From the NCBI GenBank assembly GCA_002070275.1, contig MWCY01000010.1, forward strand, positions 9,122-73,121: 64,000 nt of DNA, in the 5' to 3' direction. Source of the stretch: Candidatus Hydrogenedentes bacterium ADurb.Bin170. GTDB lineage: Bacteria; Hydrogenedentota; Hydrogenedentia; Hydrogenedentales; CAITNO01. Made by a program: the position numbers and the translations under genes. Below are positions 9,498 through 18,400 of the stretch, in pieces. The stretch's first letter is position 1, and each line of letters opens with the position of its first letter. The notes beneath the pieces were generated by a model. It did not search any database and was not told where the DNA came from. It saw only the letters and a program-made list of their open reading frames with translations.

Positions 9498-11393
9498 TCA
9501 TGTGCTCAGGATAATCGAAGCAATACTCAGATAAATTACCACGCCGAGAATATCCGCCAGAGAGGTAACCAGCGGTCCGCTTGCCACGGCGGGGTCGACC
9601 TTAAACCGACGCAGCACGAAGGGAAGCAGCATGCCCAGCATGCTGCTGAGGATGACAATGGAGACCATGGCGAGGGCGGCAACGACGGCGATAAGCGCCC
9701 CTGAACGCCACCATGCCACCGCAAAGACAGCCACCGACATGGACAGCCCCAGGGCGGAGGCGACCAATGCCTCGCGCCAGAACACACGGGCAAAGTCTTT
9801 CAGCGATAACTCGCCCAGTGCCATACTTCGAATGACCAGCGTTGCCGACTGCGCTCCGGCATTGCCGCCGCTGTCTATCAGAAGAGGCAGAAAAAACACC
9901 AGTGCCATATAGACTCCGAGCAGTTCTTCAAAATGGGCAATGCCCGCACCGGAAAAAATATTGACAAATACGAGCGCAATCAGCCACGGAAGCCGGCTGC
10001 GGTAGAGCATAATCAGCGGTGTCTTCAGATAGCCCACCGACAGAGGACGGATGGCGCCTGCCTTGTGGAAGTCTTCCGTCGCCTCTTCTTCTGCCACGTC
10101 CAGAATATCGTCGTTGGTGACGATTCCCAGCAGCACGCCTTCGGAGTCAATGACGGGCAGGGCGTACACGTCGTACTTCTTAAAAATCAGCACAGCCTCT
10201 TCCCGGTCCTGAATGGAATGGAGCGCCACATAATTTTTGTCCATCAGCACGGAAACGCGCAGTGCCGGATCGGCAAGGATCAGTTGGCGCAGGCGCAATT
10301 CTCCGACCAGCGCGCCGCTGTCGTCGATGACATAAATGGTCATGACCGTTTCCGAGTCGCTGCCTGCCGCCCGGATATGCTCCATTGTTTTTGCTATCGT
10401 CCAGTTTTCCTGGGCGGAAACATAGCCGCTGGACATGAGGCGGCCCACGCTGTCTTTGGGATAACTCAGCTGGCTGAGCACTTGCTTGCGGTCCGCATCG
10501 CTCAGAAGGGTCAGCAGGCGCTGCGTGACGTTGGCGGGCAATTCCTCAAAAAGAGCTGTCTGGTCGTCGGAAGACAGAGCGGCAAGAACCTGGCGTGTTT
10601 CGTCCTGCGCCATGTTTTTCAGAAGCCCTGTCTGCGACGGATAGTCGATGAGAGAAAAGACTTCATCAGCGAGACTTCTGGGCAGCAGTCGAAATACCAG
10701 CAGCTGATCGGAAGAGTCCAGTGCCGTAATCAGCTCGGCGATTTCCGGCGCCGGCTGGGCGGACAGAAAAATGCGAAGGTCGCGCAAGCGGCGATCTTCC
10801 AGCATTTCCAGAATATCAGGGATCAGTACCTGGCTCAAAAGAGAGGAAGCCACACGGGACGCCGCTTTTCGACCATCTTCAGGGTCTATCCGGCCTTCCA
10901 TGGCGGCGATCCAGGTATTCAGGCGCTCTTTTACCTCGTCCAGATCTTCCAGATTCACCAGTTCATGGTGGTCTTCGTCGGCGGCAATCGCACGGGCAAG
11001 AGAGGAAAGCTCGGTCAAATACTTGTTTCGGGCGGGATAAGGCACATAGTACATCAGAAGCAGATGCACGGGCCATCCGTCCGTATTACCGTATTCGATG
11101 CCGTCTGGACTCCACCCGACTGCGCAGATCATTTCACCTTCATTGCCGCCCCGGGCATGAGGGCAGGCGATACCGTAGCCCAGGTAGGCTGTGGACTGTG
11201 ACTCATAGTGCAGAATGCTGTCGATGATGCTGGGGACAGCAGCGTCCCCGTCCCGGGCGCTTTCAAGACTTTCCGCCAGAATCCTGAGAGCCTCCTCTTT
11301 GTTGCAGAGGGGAAGCTCAATCACGCGGCCTTCTTCGATTGCCTGCTGGATGAGGCTGGAAGAGGGCGCGGCTGTCTGAGCGTTAATCGACAT
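9498..11393 (-). CDS. mgtE: Magnesium channel MgtE with an extra N-terminal PTS EIIA type-2 (PtsN-like) domain
   Basis: Residues 12-165 align by eye with E. coli PtsN (GYGIACPHARG vs GNGIAIPHGK; PVHLLLMYYVP vs PVDLLFALLVP). The rest is MgtE_N, a CBS pair, and the TM domain with LIDSGGNAGAQS. Confidence 0.85.
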   Translation of the reverse strand: MSINAQTAAPSSSLIQQAIEEGRVIELPLCNKEEALRILAESLESARDGDAAVPSIIDSILHYESQSTAYLGYGIACPHARGGNEGEMICAVGWSPDGIEYGNTDGWPVHLLLMYYVPYPARNKYLTELSSLARAIAADEDHHELVNLEDLDEVKERLNTWIAAMEGRIDPEDGRKAASRVASSLLSQVLIPDILEMLEDRRLRDLRIFLSAQPAPEIAELITALDSSDQLLVFRLLPRSLADEVFSLIDYPSQTGLLKNMAQDETRQVLAALSSDDQTALFEELPANVTQRLLTLLSDADRKQVLSQLSYPKDSVGRLMSSGYVSAQENWTIAKTMEHIRAAGSDSETVMTIYVIDDSGALVGELRLRQLILADPALRVSVLMDKNYVALHSIQDREEAVLIFKKYDVYALPVIDSEGVLLGIVTNDDILDVAEEEATEDFHKAGAIRPLSVGYLKTPLIMLYRSRLPWLIALVFVNIFSGAGIAHFEELLGVYMALVFFLPLLIDSGGNAGAQSATLVIRSMALGELSLKDFARVFWREALVASALGLSMSVAVFAVAWWRSGALIAVVAALAMVSIVILSSMLGMLLPFVLRRFKVDPAVASGPLVTSLADILGVVIYLSIASIILST

Positions 11394-11648
11394 GGAAGAC
11401 TCTCCTTGTTCCGGAGTGATGAGGGCGTGGAAAAAAGTTGTGTGTATATATTAACAGAATCAGGCTTCTTCAGTCAGTTAACGGGGCTTGCGGGAAAATA
11501 TGGGGCACCCTTCCGGTGCCTCTGAACTGCTTCAGCCCCGAAGACCATGGTCTGCCGGGAACTGTGCAGGATTTCCTGCAGACAGCGGATTTATCTGCCT
11601 GTGAATCTTCGGTTACAATGCTGAGATCAACCTATAGGAGTCTGCGTC

Positions 11649-13958
11649 ATGCATCTGCTTTTTGCCCTTGCTTTTGTGTCCCTGTCTTCCTTTTCCGCAA
11701 TGCCCGCCGTCGATGGTGTGTACATGCTTGCGCCCTGGGACAAGGCGTCTACGGTGTCCATTCCTGAAAGCGGCCGCTATACGCTTTGGCTGGCGGCAGA
11801 TCCGGAAGCAGGAGGCGGTCTGCTTCTCAAAGACAAAAAATACACGGTGGGCAAAGGGGAGAAGGACGCAAAAGGCAGGAGCGCATTCTGGCGCAATGCA
11901 GGCACGGCGGCGCTCGAGGCGGGAGTGCTCAAGGTGGAATGGTCAGGCGGCATTTACCTGCTCGTGCTCAGCAGAGATGCCGAATACACACCGGAGCGAG
12001 GTCTTTCGGATGTGCGGGTACTCCCCTTCAACCGGAAACCCGAAGACGCACGCCTTACGAAAGAACGGCATACCGACACGGTATTTATCATGCCTCACTT
12101 TGATTCGGTGGAAGCGTGGGAAAAAGCGGCTGCGGCAATCCGGTTGCGCATCCGTCTGGGCAGCGGGTTGTTTCCCGCACCGGAAAAGACGCCGCTGAAT
12201 GCCCATGTGTTTGATGAAAAAGAATACGACGGATTTTCCGTATCCAAAGTGTATTTTGAGCCCGTTCCGGGTTTTCTGGCTACAGGCAATCTCTACCGCC
12301 CGCTGGGCGAAGGACCTTTTCCGGCTGTCGTCAGTCCCCACGGTCACTGGACTGCCGGCAGACTGGAAAACACCGATCTGGGTTCCATAGCCGGTCGCTG
12401 CATTACGCTGGCGCGGATGGGCATTGTCACGCTTTCTTATGACATGATCGGCTATGTGGACAGTATACAGCTGCCACACCGATGGGGGACTGAAGCAGAA
12501 AAGCTCTGGGGCATTCATCCCTTTGCCATGCAGTTGTGGACAAGTCTGCGTGCAGTGGATTTCATGGAGGCGCTTCCCTATGTTGATCCGGAGCGACTGG
12601 GCTGTACGGGCGCCTCGGGCGGCGGGACACAGACCTTTGCTCTGACAGCGCTTGAGCCGCGCATTCGCGTTTCCGCTCCCGTCAATATGATCTCCAGTAC
12701 CATGCAGGGCGGATGCCTGTGTGAAAATGCGCCGCTGCTGCGCCTGACCAATTCCAATATGGAAATCGGTGCGCTGGCGGCGCCGCATCCGCTTCTCATG
12801 GTGTCAACGACCGGTGACTGGACACGGGAAACACCGCGGGTGGAGTATCCGGCTGTCCGCAGCATTTACGCCCTGTATGGCGCGGAAGATCAGGTAGTCA
12901 ATGTGCATCTTGATTTCCCGCATAATTACAACCGGCAGAGCCGGGAGGCGATGTATCGCTTTTTCGGTGCCCATTTACTGGGCGGCGACTGGCATGCCTA
13001 TGAAGAGCCGCCTTTTGAAATGCCGCAGGAAGAGGCGTTGCGTGTATTTCCCGGCGACAGATTGCCCGAAGGATATCTGGCGGGCGAGGCTCTTCGGGCG
13101 CAGCTGATGAACCAGGCGCAAGAGCGCAGGGCGCACCATCTGGAACAGGCATTGAAAGCGCCCGATTCTTTTGCAGAGGAGTATCATGAGGCACTGACCG
13201 CTTTATTCGCTGCGGAGCTGCCGGGAAAAAATGCCCTCTCTCTGGAACGCCTGGAAATGGAAGAGCGGGAAGGGTATGTGCTGGAGCGCTGGCTTATCGG
13301 CAGGATCAGTGAGGGCGACCGTGTGCCTCTGCTTCTCTACCGCGGCACGGGTGCCCTGCCGCAGGAAAGTATTCTGCTGGTTCATGGCGCAGGGAAAGCG
13401 GCTTTTGCCGACCTGCAGCACGGCGGCCCGGGATCTCTGATCCGAAGGCTCCTGGCAGAAGGAAAAATGGTTGCGACGCTGGACGCTTTTCTGATCGGCG
13501 AATACAACGGACCGGAGAGAGCGGCGAAGCGTGTGGAAAAAGGAAAGTTTTCAGATCCCTTCCTGCCCGCTGTTGCTTCCTGTCGGGTTCAGGATATTCT
13601 CACGGCGGCGGCTTTTCTGCGTTCCCGCTTTGATACGGCGGGCCGTATTGATCTGGTCGGCGTGGAGGAGGGCGGTTTGTGGTGCCTCTTTGCCGGGGCC
13701 GTGGACAGAAGCCTGCACTCTGTTTATGTGGATCTGAACCGGCAGAATTACAGCGATGACAGTCTGTGGGAGAGCCGTTTCTTTGTGCCGGGCATACGCA
13801 GTTTTGGCGATATTCCGGCGGCGTGTGTGGCAGGCGGCTTCAGTCGCTTCCATTTCTTTAACGGCAGTCTGCCCCCGGAACTGGCACACTCCGGCATTTC
13901 CGTCGAAGCAGATGATCCGTCCGACGAAACGCTTGCGGCGTGGCTTGTCGGTAAATGA
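11649..13958 (+). CDS. Secreted alpha/beta-hydrolase-fold protein (esterase-like)
   Basis: The signal peptide is MHLLFALAFVSLSSFSAMP. The nucleophile elbow is GCTGASGGGTQTF. 769 aa. Confidence 0.6.
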   Translation: MHLLFALAFVSLSSFSAMPAVDGVYMLAPWDKASTVSIPESGRYTLWLAADPEAGGGLLLKDKKYTVGKGEKDAKGRSAFWRNAGTAALEAGVLKVEWSGGIYLLVLSRDAEYTPERGLSDVRVLPFNRKPEDARLTKERHTDTVFIMPHFDSVEAWEKAAAAIRLRIRLGSGLFPAPEKTPLNAHVFDEKEYDGFSVSKVYFEPVPGFLATGNLYRPLGEGPFPAVVSPHGHWTAGRLENTDLGSIAGRCITLARMGIVTLSYDMIGYVDSIQLPHRWGTEAEKLWGIHPFAMQLWTSLRAVDFMEALPYVDPERLGCTGASGGGTQTFALTALEPRIRVSAPVNMISSTMQGGCLCENAPLLRLTNSNMEIGALAAPHPLLMVSTTGDWTRETPRVEYPAVRSIYALYGAEDQVVNVHLDFPHNYNRQSREAMYRFFGAHLLGGDWHAYEEPPFEMPQEEALRVFPGDRLPEGYLAGEALRAQLMNQAQERRAHHLEQALKAPDSFAEEYHEALTALFAAELPGKNALSLERLEMEEREGYVLERWLIGRISEGDRVPLLLYRGTGALPQESILLVHGAGKAAFADLQHGGPGSLIRRLLAEGKMVATLDAFLIGEYNGPERAAKRVEKGKFSDPFLPAVASCRVQDILTAAAFLRSRFDTAGRIDLVGVEEGGLWCLFAGAVDRSLHSVYVDLNRQNYSDDSLWESRFFVPGIRSFGDIPAACVAGGFSRFHFFNGSLPPELAHSGISVEADDPSDETLAAWLVGK

Positions 13959-13961
13959 ATG

Positions 13962-14876
13962 TCACTGATCGGATTCTTCGGAGATCGCGGAGCCCGTCAC
14001 CCGGGACCGGATCACGAGAAGGCAGCCGGCGATCAGCAGAAAACCGCCCAGCTGCTGCAAAAGAACCAGCTTTTCGTCTGTCCAGAAAAAGAGCGCAATG
14101 ATATGGGTAATGAAAGGCGAGGTCAGATGCAGTGATGTGCAGTAGGCGCTGCCGAGATGCAGCTGTGCGTGATGAAAAGCACAATGAGCGGCGGCTATAC
14201 AGATCACGCCTGATATAAAGGCAATGAAATTCATGCGAGGTCCTGCGGTTGCCAGGCAGCTGATATCGCCCAGCAGCAGGGTGGACAGCAGAAAGCCTGC
14301 GCTGACAAAAACGCTCAGCACAGCAAAGAGGGCTATGGGGTGCAGGGATTTTGCCGTATGGCGCCCCCATACCGCATAAATGGCCCAGGTGATGCTGACA
14401 AAAATCAGCAGAATCAGCGCCAGATCTACAGTAAGGGAAAGTCCACCGCCACTGCGCCGTATGAAGATGGCGAGGACACCTGCGATGCAGGAGAGTGTGC
14501 CCAGCAGATAGCGCCAGCTTCCGATTACAGCGCGTTCTTCCCGAAAAACGAGGAAACTCAGCAAAATGACCAGCGGTGCCTGAAGAGTCGTTACCAGCTG
14601 CGCTTTGGTTGCCGTGGTGTGATAAATGGCGACAGTCCATGCAAATTGCATCAGCAGCACCAGCAGACTCATGGAAAGCAGAATGCGCCACCGGGCGAAG
14701 GCTTCTTTCAGTGCGCCGGGCATGCGGAAAGCGGTATAAAGAAGAAGGGCGACAGCGGCACTGCCGTAACGGATAAAGGCCTGGCTGTGAGGCTCATAGG
14801 CACCGCTCATATAGCGAACGAAAACAGGAGTGAGCGCCCATCCTGTTACAAAAACAACCACCGACAGGTAAGGCAT
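13962..14876 (-). CDS. DMT-superfamily (EamA-like) transporter
   Basis: About ten hydrophobic helices in two EamA-like halves. I trimmed the start to the ATG at 14876 (MPYLSVVVFV), because the 84 upstream codons are not membrane-like. Confidence 0.7.
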   Translation of the reverse strand: MPYLSVVVFVTGWALTPVFVRYMSGAYEPHSQAFIRYGSAAVALLLYTAFRMPGALKEAFARWRILLSMSLLVLLMQFAWTVAIYHTTATKAQLVTTLQAPLVILLSFLVFREERAVIGSWRYLLGTLSCIAGVLAIFIRRSGGGLSLTVDLALILLIFVSITWAIYAVWGRHTAKSLHPIALFAVLSVFVSAGFLLSTLLLGDISCLATAGPRMNFIAFISGVICIAAAHCAFHHAQLHLGSAYCTSLHLTSPFITHIIALFFWTDEKLVLLQQLGGFLLIAGCLLVIRSRVTGSAISEESDQ

Positions 14877-14951
14877 AATGCTTTTATTTTGCTGAGCCAC
14901 AGATAATCCCTTCTGGAAATGTTTCGAACGGAAAACTGCAAATGAGTTTTT

Positions 14952-15475
14952 TGATATGGTATCACTCTTGTCCAAATCAGCTTTTCTTGGACAAGCTTGT
15001 TCTGTGTGCTGACACCTGTTTCCATGTACTGAGCACCCGGGAAAGCCTGTCTTTATGGCATTTTGGGGCTGTAGAATGGTCTTGCATAGGCCTTCGCAAT
15101 TTGGACAGACAAATGCAATGATCAGCAACTCTGATCCTGAAACCTCGATAATGAAGACAAAAGTCTGGCCGAAATGCCAATGAATTCATCTATGTGGATT
15201 CGATGGTGGCCTTAATTTGGACACCAATGATATGGTATATAAGAAATAGTAGTAAATAGATAATATTCTTTAAAAAACGAACAATTTACGGATTTACTTT
15301 CCTGATGACGAATCTACAATTCAGGCTTTTCTGCTAAATTGTTCTGATTATGATAACATGTTCTTGTTTTCTGGAAAGGCTGAGCAGTAATAGTCTACAT
15401 TTAGAGTAAATTCGGAAACCGAAAGATGGTTTTTGAAAACAGAAGTTTGTAAGCATTTAATTTTGAGGTTGGACA
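14952..15475. repeat. Cluster of short motifs: five TTGGACA cores (three extend to AATTTGGACA) and two TGATATGGTAT
   Basis: TTGGACA occurs at 14968-14977 (reverse orientation), 14987-14995, 15098-15107, 15214-15223 and 15469-15475. TGATATGGTAT occurs at 14952-14962 and 15228-15238. CTTGTCCAA/TTGGACAAG form a 9-bp inverted repeat at 14967-14995. Confidence 0.6.
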
Positions 15476-15479
15476 GAAA

Positions 15480-18400
15480 ATGACAAAGAAGAGTGAGAAC
15501 CAAGATCAGGAAAAAGTACAGCAACTCTTAAAGTATCTTTTGGAGGTGATGAAGCTCCGCTCAGCAGTGATTTATGACCTTACTTCCTATGAGGCTGTCT
15601 TGTGGATTTCAGATATTCCAAAAGAAAAAGGATGTTCTACAACATTATGGTCTGCGTCACCGAACAATGAAACGGACATTTGCATCGAAATAGAAAAGCA
15701 GGAAGAGCCTGCGATGCCAGCCGTACCAGCATCATGTGAAAACTGGATTAATTCCACTGAGCTCCAGGATAAAACAACCGTGCCAGAACTAATGCCGAAA
15801 ATCATTCAAGAACAACCTAACCCGAATTGGACAGAAGATTCTGACGAGGAACAAACGGTATACAAAACTTTATATCTTGGCGAGCACGCCAAAATACAGG
15901 AAGATTGGGAGAGATATGTTGAAGGCTCCTGGAAAGAATGGCGTGAAAAACATAACCGTTGGGAAGCTGGGTTTAAAATTTATTCAATGCTTTTTAAAAT
16001 ACATCAGGATCAATTAAGACTGGGAGAAGAGCATGAACTTGTTTTGGGTTATGGTCTGCTCCTTTGGGTCAATCCACAAGAGAAAAGAATTTACAGGCAT
16101 TTAGCAGTGGCTAATGTTTCTCTTGAATTTGATACAGCCCGCGCAAAATTTTCAGTGCGCACCCACCACGAAGGCGCAAAATTAAGAGCTGAACTAGAAA
16201 TGCTTGGTCAGTCCATTGATTCTGCCGAAATAAAAAAAGCTGAAATGCTATTCAGTGATGCGGGTGATGACCTCTCTGATCATACAACGATTTTTTCAGC
16301 AGTCAAGGGGCTGGGTGAGGCTTTGTCTGCGCAGTGCAGAATTGATGAAAGTTTTGATAGAGGGAAGGAGAAGCCTTCTAATACTCCCAAAATTATTTGG
16401 AGTCCAGCCCTAATACTTCGAAAACACTCTACCAAAGGGATAAGTGAAGCTCTTCAAAGCATGATGAAAAAAATTGAACTTGACACCACGCTTCCAAGTG
16501 GCTTGGCCGCCTTAGCAGAGCTTGACCAATCAAATAACATTGAAGTACGACAATCCTCTGATAACACTGCCTCGCCAGAGACTAGTGAAATTTTCTTTCC
16601 GTTGCAGGCGAATACAGAACAATTTCAAATTATCAAAAAACTACAGCACTCAAGCGGGCTTTTGGTTCAAGGGCCGCCAGGAACAGGAAAGTCTCATACA
16701 ATAGCAAACCTAATCTGTCACCTTTTGGCCACAGGCCAGAAACTTTTGATTACTGCCAAGAAAGCCCATGCACTTGAAGTGCTTTATAAAAAGATACCGA
16801 AGGACTTGCGTCCTCTTAATATAAATTTATTGGGAGGTGGTCTTAGCGAACGTCAATCTCTTGAAACCAGTGTCTCGTGTATCATTGCACGAAAGAGCGC
16901 ATGGAATTTTGAAAAAGAACAAAAGAAGATCGCTGAATTGCGAGAAGAGTTAAAAAAAGCGCGCGAGGAACAAGAGAAAATTAGAAAACGCATGGAAGCA
17001 GTGCGAATGTCGGAGACTAACAGCGACAACCGTTTAGGTGATGGAAGATATAGGGGTGCCGCTGCTAGTATCACAAGGAAAGTTACTGAAGAAAAAGAGT
17101 ATTTTAACTGGTTTGTCGATAAAGTACCTTTAGAGGGACTGTGCCCTTTGCAGACAGAGCAGTTGTCGGATCTCCTGCGTTCTTTTAAATTTCTACAATC
17201 ATTGCCGGAAGAAAAGAAAAAGGAATTGCATCAGTTTCTGCCGAATGATCTGCAGAGCGTTGACACTTGCATCGCATTTTTTGAAGAAGAAAAAAAACTG
17301 GCAGAGCAGGAGATGTCTTTAGAAGGGAAAGTGCGAAGTGACTCGGCGCACGCACTGTCCTTAAACGCAAAAGAGTTGGTTCAGAAGATCGTGGGATGCT
17401 GTCAGAAAATTGAGAGTGTTTCAGGGGCAATTAAGCAAGCCATGCCGTGGCTTAAGAAAGAGTTGCCGAATATTTTGGCAGGTACAGATAATTTCTGGCC
17501 AAGACTCTTAAAAGAAACGGAAAAACGCGACCGAATCCCTGAAAACAACAGAAGATTTGTCGATAGGTGTAGTCTGGATTATCCGGGATCTAAGAGCCGG
17601 AGTCTGGGTCACGATGCCAAAAAGTTGCTTGAGCACCTCAAACAAGGGAAAAAACTTAAGTTTTTGGGAATTCCTCATCGGGCAATTAAAGAGCAAATAT
17701 ATATAACAAAATCGGTGATACTCAACGGAAAACCCTGCATTACGACAGAAGATCTTCAAAAGTTAATTGGGCTACTTAACATTAAACATATTTACAGTTC
17801 TATCTGGGCGCAATGGTCTGGGATTTTAGAAGCACCGTCGAGTTCTTTAGAGAATCAGGAAAGAATTCTTGCTTCTGCTTATGAAAACTTAAAGACTGCT
17901 TTACATTACAAACAAAGCATAGACGCTTTAAAAAAACTAGTGCCACCTGAGTTGAGCTCTTCCTTGCCTGATTGGTGTACTCCTGAAGAGGTTGAAGTTT
18001 TTTCCTCTTCCTGTAAGATGGCTTTAGTGCAGATACAAAAGAAAGAAGTTGTAAAAAAGATTCAAATAATAGAAGCTCAAATTTCTAAATATTTATTGCA
18101 AGAAAATGTTCACCACCTTTTAAAAGACCTTAAAGCGTCCATTCAAGAGCGAGATCAATTGCGGCTGACTTATGCTCTCGAGAAAATAGGAGAGGCACAG
18201 AGGGAAAAGAGTAAATATGCCTCGGCAATAGAAAAGATTGATAGCCTTAAAAGGGATTTGCCCGTATTTACTCAGTCGCTTAAAGCAACTTTGAGCGAGG
18301 AGGTCTGGGAACAACGCATGGAATCGCTTTGTGATGCCTGGTATTGGAGGCAGGCGTATGATTGGATTTTTGAGTTCACAAAAGGTGACAGCTTTCAGGA

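Noticed and set aside
9933-11201. 422-aa ORF on the plus strand
   Set aside because: Antisense shadow of the EIIA-MgtE gene.
11394-11648. M-box (ykoK) Mg2+ riboswitch upstream of mgtE
   Set aside because: Reading the minus-strand leader, I could not find the conserved M-box helices or sequence blocks. A covariance-model scan would be needed to exclude it formally.
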